DNA from: a virus
IMG/VR virus record: IMGVR_UViG_3300020205_002210
Span: 32,001-96,000 of that record
Direction: 5' to 3' (one strand)
DNA length: 64,000 nucleotides
Shown here: positions 57,389 through 64,000 of the stretch, one piece after another
How positions within the stretch are numbered: the stretch's first letter is position 1
Layout of the letters: every line of letters begins with the position of its first letter
Notes under the pieces: model-generated
Seen by the model: only the letters and a program-made list of their open reading frames with translations
Told to the model about the DNA's origin: nothing
The model's database searches: none
Made by a program: the position numbers and the translations under genes

Positions 57389-57463
57389 AGTTCTATGACG
57401 TAGACGGATGCGTACCGGCTTCATAAGCCGAGGAGATTGGATCGTTACCAATTAGAACTACCA
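57389..57463 (+). tRNA. tRNA-Met(CAT), elongator-type
   Basis: CGGC-TT-CAT-AA-GCCG arm; A1-U72; ATCGTTA T-loop; CCA. Confidence 0.82.
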
Positions 57464-57469
57464 GATTAT

Positions 57470-57544
57470 GGGTCTTTAGTAAAATGAATATTACACTGGG
57501 CTACGAACCCGGAAGTGGGAGTTTGATTCTCTCAAGACCCTCCA
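57470..57544 (+). tRNA. tRNA-Arg(ACG)
   Basis: CTGGG-CT-ACG-AA-CCCGG arm, CCA. Confidence 0.85.
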
Positions 57545-57547
57545 AGA

Positions 57548-57744
57548 CGTTCCGCTTTGTTAGCGGATACTGTGACCCGCAGGATGAGAAGTGAGGTGAC
57601 TCTCACGGGTGGTAGTCTTTAAACCGAAAGGCCGCTAGCAATGCGATAACGGTCCCTGTCGGGAAGCGGGTGGAAGGTGTGTGAGATTTGCGGAGAAATC
57701 CAAGAGATGATGCACTATAATTACCGCCGAGGGATGCAGAGCAT
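57548..57744 (+). ncRNA. About 200-nt GC-rich multi-stem RNA of unknown family
   Basis: Nested stems and GNRA loops; no SD-led ORF; flanked by tRNAs. Confidence 0.6.
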
Positions 57745-57746
57745 AT

Positions 57747-57820
57747 ACCCATATAGCTCAAAGGTAGAGCACTGGCTTGATAAGCCATAGACGAAGGATC
57801 GTTACCTTCTGTGGGTACCA
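57747..57820 (+). tRNA. tRNA-Ile(GAT)
   Basis: TGGC-TT-GAT-AA-GCCA arm; ATCGTTA T-loop; CCA. Confidence 0.88.
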
Positions 57821-57828
57821 GATTTTAT

Positions 57829-57905
57829 TACGGTGTAGTTCCAATTGGCAGAACGATGGTCTCCAAAATCATATGTTGTGGGTTCGAATCCCTCCGCCGT
57901 AGCCA
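57829..57905 (+). tRNA. tRNA-Trp(CCA)
   Basis: ATGGT-CT-CCA-AA-ATCAT arm, GCCA end. Confidence 0.88.
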
Positions 57906-57926
57906 GTTTTTAAAAAGGTGAATAAT

Positions 57927-58418
57927 ATGAAAAAGTTCGATGTAAATGAAGTTAAGTCCTTCCTTGCAAAACAAGGACCAAACACCAAAGTCTACCTTGG
58001 TGCCGATTCTGAACGCATCAGAATAAACGGAGTTTGGTATGCAGACTATGCTCTTGCAGTCGTTGTTCATATTAATGGCCAAAATGGTTGTAAAATTTTT
58101 GGATATGTTCAACGTGAATTGGACTATGACCATAAAAAAAGTAAACCTGCAATGCGATTGATGACAGAAGTATATAAAGTTTCAGAGTTGTTCCAAGAAA
58201 TGCAGGATGTTCTGGAAGATTTTCATGTTGAAGTTCATTTAGACTTGAACAAGGATGATGTACACGGAAGTTCTTGTGTGGTACAACAAGCAATTGGTTA
58301 TATCAAAGGTACATGTAACATGACACCAATGGTTAAACCAGATGCGCCTGCAGCAAGTTTCTGTGCTGATAGATTGAAAAGAATCTTAGCTGAACAAGAA
58401 ACTTCAATTGTTCAGTAA
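57927..58418 (+). CDS. RNase H-like protein (YkuK/DUF458-type)
   Basis: VYLGADS, RLMTEV, EVHLDLN and KPDAPAASFCADR motifs. Confidence 0.7.
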   Translation: MKKFDVNEVKSFLAKQGPNTKVYLGADSERIRINGVWYADYALAVVVHINGQNGCKIFGYVQRELDYDHKKSKPAMRLMTEVYKVSELFQEMQDVLEDFHVEVHLDLNKDDVHGSSCVVQQAIGYIKGTCNMTPMVKPDAPAASFCADRLKRILAEQETSIVQ

Positions 58419-58421
58419 TAT

Positions 58422-58497
58422 GTTGTCGTTAGTGTAATGGTTAGCACCAGAGATTGTGAATCTCTTAGCATGGGTTCGAATCCCATACGTCAACCCA
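58422..58497 (+). tRNA. tRNA-His(GTG)
   Basis: G-1:C73 pair; GAGA-TT-GTG-AA-TCTC arm; CCA. Confidence 0.9.
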
Positions 58498-58504
58498 AAA
58501 TAAT

Positions 58505-58578
58505 GCCTCGGTAGTTTAATGGTAGAACGGCATCCTTACACGGTGCATACGGGAGTTCGATTCTCCAACGAGGTACCA
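58505..58578 (+). tRNA. tRNA-Val(TAC)
   Basis: GCATC-CT-TAC-AC-GGTGC arm, CCA. Confidence 0.9.
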
Positions 58579-58583
58579 AATAT

Positions 58584-58659
58584 GCAACCTTAGCTGATGT
58601 GGTCATAGCGGCGGTCTGAAGAGCCGTTGAAGTAGGTTCGATTCCTACAGGTTGCACCA
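58584..58659 (+). tRNA. tRNA-Phe(GAA)
   Basis: GCGGT-CT-GAA-GA-GCCGT arm, CCA. Confidence 0.9.
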
Positions 58660-58663
58660 GATT

Positions 58664-58741
58664 GCCCCCGTGGACAAATTGGCAAAGTCATCTCTCTCAA
58701 AAGGAGAAATTCTCTCGGTTCGACTCCGAGCGGGGGTACCA
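58664..58741 (+). tRNA. tRNA-Leu(CAA), short variable loop
   Basis: TCTCT-CT-CAA-AA-GGAGA arm, CCA. Confidence 0.85.
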
Positions 58742-58800
58742 TGTAGAATCCTTGTGCTTGCCTTGTAATGTAATTTGTGTTATATTATAGTTTAAATAAT

Positions 58801-58877
58801 GCCCCGGTGACGGAATTGGTATACGTGTTGGTCTTAGAAACCAAATTTTAGGAGTTCGAGTCTCCTCTGGGGCACCA
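58801..58877 (+). tRNA. tRNA-Leu(TAG), short variable loop
   Basis: TTGGT-CT-TAG-AA-ACCAA arm, CCA. Confidence 0.88.
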
Positions 58878-58882
58878 GTTAT

Positions 58883-58957
58883 CCGGCCTTAGTATAATGG
58901 ATAATACAGCGGTCTTCTACACCGTGAATATGGGTTCGATTCCTGTAGGCCGGACCA
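58883..58957 (+). tRNA. tRNA-Arg(TCT)
   Basis: GCGGT-CT-TCT-AC-ACCGT arm, CCA. Confidence 0.88.
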
Positions 58958-58992
58958 AGTTGTAATGTGATAGTTATTTAAAGAAAGTAAAT

Positions 58993-59160
58993 ATGAAACC
59001 GACAAAAACATTTAATCTCAGCAAACGCACCAAAACAATGATGACATTGATGCCGTTCAAAGATCAAGAAACTCGTAATGCTTTTAAACGTATGATGATT
59101 GATGCTCAGCTTTGCAGTGAGATTGTTCCAAAGAATTCAAAAGAAAAGAATTCTGATTAA
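58993..59160 (+). CDS. 55-aa hypothetical protein (MKPTKTFNLSKRTK...)
   Basis: Read by hand; SD agaaag; fills the spacer exactly up to tRNA-Gly. Confidence 0.65.
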   Translation: MKPTKTFNLSKRTKTMMTLMPFKDQETRNAFKRMMIDAQLCSEIVPKNSKEKNSD

Positions 59161-59161
59161 T

Positions 59162-59236
59162 GCGGGTATGGTGCTAGTGGTAACACATGACCTTGCCAAG
59201 GTTAAGTTGAGAGTTCGATTCTCTCTACCCGCTCCA
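59162..59236 (+). tRNA. tRNA-Gly(GCC)
   Basis: TGACC-TT-GCC-AA-GGTTA arm, U73, CCA. Confidence 0.92.
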
Positions 59237-59286
59237 GTTAACACGGCCTTTGCCTCTAAATTTTTTTACGCAAAGGTTCTTTTTTT

Positions 59287-59361
59287 GCCCCTTTATCCTT
59301 AATGGTAGAGGTCCGGTTTTGTAGTCCGGGTGCGTGAGTTCGATTCTTGCAAGGGGCACCA
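59287..59361 (+). tRNA. tRNA-Thr(TGT)
   Basis: CCGG.-TT-TGT-AG-.CCGG arm, CCA. Confidence 0.87.
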
Positions 59362-59384
59362 ATTGGTATATTTTAAGAAAAGTA

Positions 59385-59413
59385 TTGACTACAACAAATT
59401 TTTAATGTATACT
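59385..59413 (+). promoter_or_regulatory. Sigma70 promoter inside the tRNA array
   Basis: TTGACT-17-TATACT. Confidence 0.65.
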
Positions 59414-59433
59414 TGATGCATATATAGTATTAT

Positions 59434-59507
59434 GCGGGATTCGTAAAATGGTATTACCTTAGATTTCCAATCTAAAGTCAACAGTTCGATTCTGTTATCC
59501 CGCTCCA
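59434..59507 (+). tRNA. tRNA-Gly(TCC)
   Basis: TTAGA-TT-TCC-AA-TCTAA arm, U73, CCA. Confidence 0.92.
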
Positions 59508-59525
59508 AATAATAAAGAACAAAAT

Positions 59526-60077
59526 ATGCACAACTCAGCAATTAGAATTGGCGAATTATTTTTTGATACTTATTCAGAAAATTTTACAAAAGACGAAAAT
59601 GTAAAACCAATTACACTTGAAGTCGGTTGTGGACCAAATGAAGTTCTAAAAAACAAAGCCATCAAAATGGGTTTTGATTATCACGGTGTAGATCAAGTAC
59701 ATACAGATAATCCGGATGACATATATAGATTACCATTTGAAGATGCTTCTGTTGATGTTGTGGTATCTTCAAGTTGTTTTGAACATGATTGTTTTTTTTG
59801 GTTAACTTTTTTGGAGATTATGAGAGTGCTTAAACCAAAAGGTTTATTCTATCTTAATGCACCAAGTAAAGGTGGTTTTCATCAACATCCAATTGATTGT
59901 TTTAGATTTTATCCCGATGCAGGATTTGCACTAGAAAAATGGGGTAAAAAGAATCGTATGGATGTAAAGATGTTACAATCCAATACAGATACAACTGAAT
60001 CATGGAATGATTATGTTGCAATATTTTTACGCGATAGTAAATTTGAAAGTGAATTTACAAAGAGGATGAGTATTTAA
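59526..60077 (+). CDS. Class I SAM-dependent methyltransferase
   Basis: LEVGCG, LPFEDASVDVVVSSSCFEH and LKPKG motifs. Confidence 0.85.
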   Translation: MHNSAIRIGELFFDTYSENFTKDENVKPITLEVGCGPNEVLKNKAIKMGFDYHGVDQVHTDNPDDIYRLPFEDASVDVVVSSSCFEHDCFFWLTFLEIMRVLKPKGLFYLNAPSKGGFHQHPIDCFRFYPDAGFALEKWGKKNRMDVKMLQSNTDTTESWNDYVAIFLRDSKFESEFTKRMSI

Positions 60078-60083
60078 GTTTTT

Positions 60084-60148
60084 GCGGTCGTTTATAACAA
60101 TTGTGGGGTCCACCTACAATCTTGGTGAGAATCCGAGTGACCGCTCCA
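60084..60148 (+). ncRNA. 65-nt mini tRNA-like RNA (acceptor, one hairpin, T-like arm, CCA)
   Basis: GCGGTCG/TGACCGC stem, CTTGG-TGAGAAT-CCGAG arm, TCCA end. Confidence 0.6.
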
Positions 60149-60162
60149 TTTTTGAGGACATT

Positions 60163-60408
60163 ATGATTATTAAGCCACTACACGATAAGGTTTTGATTGA
60201 ACGATTAGATTCAATTAAAGAGACTGCTTCTGGAATTATCCTCAAACATTCTGAAGAACCGGATCGAGCCAAAGTGATAGAGATTGGACCTGAAGTTACT
60301 GAGGTTCAAGTTGGTGATGTTGTACAACCCGATTGGGGTAAAGCCACCAAAGTACAAGATTACTTCATAATTAAAATTGAAGACATTGCATACATTTACG
60401 AAAAATAA
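60163..60408 (+). CDS. groES: GroES co-chaperonin
   Basis: IKPLHDKVLI...TASGIIL...V.VGD motifs; ATG 60163 with SD gagga. Confidence 0.85.
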   Translation: MIIKPLHDKVLIERLDSIKETASGIILKHSEEPDRAKVIEIGPEVTEVQVGDVVQPDWGKATKVQDYFIIKIEDIAYIYEK

Positions 60409-60410
60409 AT

Positions 60411-60590
60411 ATGTCTGATGGTGGTAAAGGTTCAACTCCGAGACCGTTTAGTGTTTCGCAGAAAACATACGCGGATAACTACAACGCAATTTTTAGGAAG
60501 AAAACTCCACAAGAATTAGATGACGCAAAGGCCGAAGATGAAGCCTTTGAAAGTCTCAAATCAGATTCTATATCTGATGGTAAGAAATAG
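60411..60590 (+). CDS. 59-aa conserved phage hypothetical protein (GGKGS.PRP)
   Basis: Read by hand: MSDGGKGSTPRPFSV...; stop overlaps the next tRNA by 2 nt. Confidence 0.65.
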   Translation: MSDGGKGSTPRPFSVSQKTYADNYNAIFRKKTPQELDDAKAEDEAFESLKSDSISDGKK

Positions 60591-60661
60591 CGGATTGGTG
60601 AAATGGTATCACAGTGGGCTCATAATCCTCAGTTCCGGTTCGACTCCGAGGTCCGCAACCA
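60589..60661 (+). tRNA. Initiator-type tRNA-Met(CAT)
   Basis: 1:72 mismatch, GGG-CT-CAT-AA-TCC anticodon stem, ACCA end. Confidence 0.78.
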
Positions 60662-60662
60662 A

Positions 60663-61304
60663 TTAAAGTTGTAACAGCATTTCAGCTTCAGGTATTCTGG
60701 TGCGAGTATTCTTACTCCCCAGAATCACCACAATTTTCTGTTTGTACATCATTACGATGCAACCACCAGACATATTAATAAAACCCGTTTTACTTATAGT
60801 CAAATCATATTTGCCAACCAATGAGTTGGTGTTACCACTTAATGTCTGGCTAGATTTTACTATTTCTGGATATTGACTCGCAGCTTTTACTATTTCAATA
60901 AGTTCTTTTGCGGTACTGACATTGAACATGGACAGACCAGTTGGATCTAAAAATCTAGTATTTTTTAGCCCCATTAATTTAACTTTCCAGTTCATATCGT
61001 TTATACATCGACTCCTGCCACCAGGATAAGATTTGCATAGTAGGTCTGCTGAGGTGTTGTCTGATGATACAAGAGTTCGTTGGATCAGGTCCTGGTGACT
61101 TTTTGTTATTACATTTTTCTTTGCATCCAAAAAAGTCATCACGGTTATCAGTTTTGTGATGGAAGCTATAGATCGAATGGTAGACATATTCTCACCATCA
61201 ATTATTTTACCTTCATCATACACTAACCAAGATTTTGCTGTAATGGTTGTAGCATAACAAGAAAATGCCAGCATCAAGCTGACGAAAGCCAATATTTTAC
61301 GCAT
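60663..61304 (-). CDS. Peptidase S11 (D-Ala-D-Ala carboxy/endopeptidase, PBP-like) with signal peptide
   Basis: SITK (SxxK), SDN and KTG triad; N-terminal MRKILAFVSLMLAFSCYA. Confidence 0.88.
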   Translation of the reverse strand: MRKILAFVSLMLAFSCYATTITAKSWLVYDEGKIIDGENMSTIRSIASITKLITVMTFLDAKKNVITKSHQDLIQRTLVSSDNTSADLLCKSYPGGRSRCINDMNWKVKLMGLKNTRFLDPTGLSMFNVSTAKELIEIVKAASQYPEIVKSSQTLSGNTNSLVGKYDLTISKTGFINMSGGCIVMMYKQKIVVILGSKNTRTRIPEAEMLLQL

Positions 61305-61329
61305 GTTTCTGATCCTGTAACCTAACACT

Positions 61330-61818
61330 TTACTTAGGTGCGTATTTAATCAGAGTATTAATTATAAGTGTTACTGTGGGTACCATTGTTGCTATAGACG
61401 ATATAAAAATCAATAGATTGTCTATTAAGCCTTGGTGTTTTTTTGCTTTGGCCTGAAGTTCTTTAGATTCTTGAGCGGCTCGTTCCTTGTACATGCGAAC
61501 CCGTTCTTTCATCATTTCATCCCAAACATCTTTATTGCCAGACCAGATTAACATTTCTTTTAGGTCTTTTTCAGCTTCACGCAAAGCTTTACTTTGCATA
61601 GCAATCTGTAAAGATTTGGACCTAATTTGTCCATTTGTCATTCCTTTAATTTCACCTAAACAATGAGCTGTGTGTATCTTGTCACTGTTCTCAAAGAATG
61701 ATGCAAATTGTACATATAAACCTTTAATGTCCTTACCCATAGCGACAGCTTGTTTGATGCCACCTATGGCTCGTTGAGCTGTTAAGAAGGCTAGCTCTAT
61801 GGATGCAGGATCGATCAT
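61330..61818 (-). CDS. Hypothetical protein with C-terminal hydrophobic segment
   Basis: 162 aa, helical; LLIFISSIATMVPTVTLII. Confidence 0.7.
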   Translation of the reverse strand: MIDPASIELAFLTAQRAIGGIKQAVAMGKDIKGLYVQFASFFENSDKIHTAHCLGEIKGMTNGQIRSKSLQIAMQSKALREAEKDLKEMLIWSGNKDVWDEMMKERVRMYKERAAQESKELQAKAKKHQGLIDNLLIFISSIATMVPTVTLIINTLIKYAPK

Positions 61819-61967
61819 TTTTTAGTTTCTTTTTTCCACTCCAAACAAACAACTTTTCGATCATATACATCACCGGTCCAAGACCACCTAACACACTTCA
61901 TTTCTTCTGAGTAAGAATATGTTGTCAGCGCAATTAATATTAATGTTGCCGACAACACATACTTCAT
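61815..61967 (-). CDS. 50-aa secreted-type peptide with a Cys pair
   Basis: MKYVLSATLILIALTTYSYS...KCVRWSWTGDVYDRKVVCLEW; ATGA overlaps at both ends. Confidence 0.65.
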   Translation of the reverse strand: MKYVLSATLILIALTTYSYSEEMKCVRWSWTGDVYDRKVVCLEWKKETKK

Positions 61968-62581
61968 TTTGAAAGAGGATTATCGAGAGCTTTTTGTAAT
62001 TTTGTGTCCATGTCTTTATTGGTTTTATCCAATTTGATTTCTAAATCGCGTTTTACTTTATCCATATCCGAACGAACACGCTCAATATCATCTCTAGTTT
62101 TATCCATGCTTGCGCGAACATCTATACTAGTTTTGTCCAGGCTCGCACGAACATCTGTACGGATAGATTTCATTTCAGTTTCTGTTTCCCGTTGAGATGA
62201 TTTTACTGAACGTTCTATTTGTTCCGCAACACCTTCAATTCTACGCACATCACTTTTTAAATCGTTTTTGATATCTCTAGTATAATCTGTTGACTTCTGT
62301 GAATTTTCTTCAACAACGGCCAACCTCTTATCAAACACGGATAAGTCCGGTGCAACATATTCAGCAATACGTTTTTTCATGCCTTGGTAGTCTTTGTAGA
62401 CTTCAAAAGCACCGTAGAGTCCGCCTAGTGTTGATGAAACTAATGTGAATGCAACCATCAATTTAGCCGGAGTAAATTCATATCCACCAATACTGATGAC
62501 TGTATCTTTACTAGCATATTTTTTTGCAGTTGCTTCTAGTTCGTCTATTTTTGCATTTACGTTTTTAATTTCTTCTGCCAT
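61964..62581 (-). CDS. Membrane-anchored coiled-coil protein
   Basis: Hydrophobic LMVAFTLVSSTLGGLYG followed by heptads. Confidence 0.75.
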   Translation of the reverse strand: MAEEIKNVNAKIDELEATAKKYASKDTVISIGGYEFTPAKLMVAFTLVSSTLGGLYGAFEVYKDYQGMKKRIAEYVAPDLSVFDKRLAVVEENSQKSTDYTRDIKNDLKSDVRRIEGVAEQIERSVKSSQRETETEMKSIRTDVRASLDKTSIDVRASMDKTRDDIERVRSDMDKVKRDLEIKLDKTNKDMDTKLQKALDNPLSK

Positions 62582-62582
62582 T

Positions 62583-64000
62583 TTATTTTCCTAAGTTGTA
62601 TTGAGAATTAATCATTTCCTGATGTTTATTATCCGAACCACCAAACATTCTTGAAGTAACACGATTATCAACATTGACTTGATTGCCATAAACAGAATAT
62701 GGTTTATATCCTATTGCGTCTTGTATAAATGTTTTTCCATAAGAGTCGAAACCGGGAGTAAATCCCATTGCTTGTATAACAAGATTCTGTACTTGCACTT
62801 GAGCTTCCATTGATGTGGCCTGACCCATCTCATTAGCTTGATTCATACCTTTTTCAACGGCAGCAGCTCTGGCTTGAGCTTGGCGTTTTTCAGCCAATGC
62901 TTGTCGATTTGTCACGGGTGCATCTTTTTTTGGACCATCACCTGACGATTGTTGTGAATTACCTGTCGAAGCAACACTATCAGGTTTATCAGATTTGGCT
63001 TCGGCTTCCGGTTTACTATCAGCCTTTGGTTCTTCTTTTTTTGTTTCTTGTTGAGCCACGGCCATAGGTGCTGCCGGCGCAGGTGCCGGACTCAATTGAA
63101 CCACCGCAGCCGGAGAATTGTTAGATGCGCTTGGTGGTGCAGCTGCAATTGCTTTATCAACATTTGTATCACCTGTAGCGGAAACGGCAGTCGAAACACT
63201 ACCGTCACTGCCAATAGTTGTGGTAGCAACATTTGTCGGTTGTATTGTGTTTGTTGGAGTTGGTCCGGAAGACACTGGTGCATTAATTATATTTTTCAAA
63301 GCATAGGCCGCAGCGTAACCAGTACACGTATTACTATAGAGTGGATCAAGAGAACATTGTTGATTCAAATAGGCTGCATCATAACCAGGACAATCTGTTG
63401 CATATAATGCACTGATACTGCATTGTTGAGCTTTATATGCTGCATTGTATCCTGAACATGTGGTAGAATATAGTGGATTGAGTGAACACTGTTGATTCAA
63501 ATATGCTGTTGCGTAACCAATACAATTCACATCATATAATGGATTAAGAGAACATTGTTGCGTAAAATAAGCTGTAGCATAACCGGTACAAGTATTCGAG
63601 TAAAGTGGATTAATTGAACATTGTTGTTGTGTGTATGCGGCTTCATATCCAGAACACGATGTTGAATACAACGGATTAGATGAACACTGTTGTATTAAAT
63701 ATGCAGCAGCATAACCAGGACAAGTTTGTGAATACAATGGATTCGATGTGCATGGATCAATAACAATATCCGGTGTTTGTCCCGTAGTCATCTGTGTTAA
63801 TCCAGGAATAGTGTAGTTTTGATTCAGGCCACCCTGTTGTATTACTGCAAACTCACCTTTTGATGCATCACCTATAATGCCAATTGCCGGTGTGTTCATT
63901 GTTATCAATGCACCGGTCCAACGCATATCAATACCACCAGTACTATCAATCTTCAATTCAAAACTAGTTTTATTTTGTGGTACACCAAGGCGTTCAACAT
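62583..64000 (-). CDS. Cys-repeat protein, 5' partial
   Basis: Frame open to the window edge; seven 22-aa QQCS.NPLY...C.GY..AY repeats. Confidence 0.8.
   Translation of the reverse strand, partial: VERLGVPQNKTSFELKIDSTGGIDMRWTGALITMNTPAIGIIGDASKGEFAVIQQGGLNQNYTIPGLTQMTTGQTPDIVIDPCTSNPLYSQTCPGYAAAYLIQQCSSNPLYSTSCSGYEAAYTQQQCSINPLYSNTCTGYATAYFTQQCSLNPLYDVNCIGYATAYLNQQCSLNPLYSTTCSGYNAAYKAQQCSISALYATDCPGYDAAYLNQQCSLDPLYSNTCTGYAAAYALKNIINAPVSSGPTPTNTIQPTNVATTTIGSDGSVSTAVSATGDTNVDKAIAAAPPSASNNSPAAVVQLSPAPAPAAPMAVAQQETKKEEPKADSKPEAEAKSDKPDSVASTGNSQQSSGDGPKKDAPVTNRQALAEKRQAQARAAAVEKGMNQANEMGQATSMEAQVQVQNLVIQAMGFTPGFDSYGKTFIQDAIGYKPYSVYGNQVNVDNRVTSRMFGGSDNKHQEMINSQYNLGK

Noticed and set aside
57548-57744. 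RNase P RNA or tmRNA
   Set aside because: No GAGGAAAGUCC-type P4 motif, no tRNA-Ala-like ends and no tag reading frame
59245-59286. Terminator between tRNA-Gly and tRNA-Thr
   Set aside because: The CCTTTGC/GCAAAGG stem has a 16-nt loop, too long for confident intrinsic termination; may be a processing hairpin
1-64000. Stop-codon recoding
   Set aside because: Core genes are full length in the standard code; TAA, TGA and TAG all end ORFs; no CTA/TCA/TTA suppressor tRNA seen

Overview
A 64-kb segment of a T4-like (Tevenvirinae/Kyanoviridae-type) myophage genome. It is AT-rich, uses the standard code, and is almost entirely + strand until 60.66 kb. Layout: (1) 1-24.5 kb is an accessory virion-fibre region of repeating cassettes: Ala/Asn-repeat fibres, about 120-aa adaptor paralogs, and Gly-rich or beta-propeller tip proteins that share short terminal peptides. 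(2) 24.5-40 kb is the T4 neck, terminase, tail and head module (gp13-gp23, gp3). (3) 40-53.6 kb covers recombination, late transcription and replication accessory genes (uvsY, uvsW, gp55, gp47/46, gp1, gp45, gp44/62, regA), plus peptide deformylase, a cytidylyltransferase, a DruA/DUF4338-like protein, a glycosyltransferase-like protein and Hsp20. (4) 54-60.7 kb is a tRNA array with 27 canonical tRNAs covering all 20 amino acids, interspersed with non-canonical tRNA-like RNAs and structured spacers. (5) 60.66-64 kb is a convergent minus-strand block of envelope-targeted proteins. The strongest novel signal is an apparent translation-sensing attenuator at 55165-55399 directly upstream of the tRNA array: a sigma70 promoter, a 37-codon leader using all 20 amino acids, an 11-bp antiterminator and an intrinsic terminator. 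Protein assignments come from recognised motifs and T4 synteny; no database searches were run.
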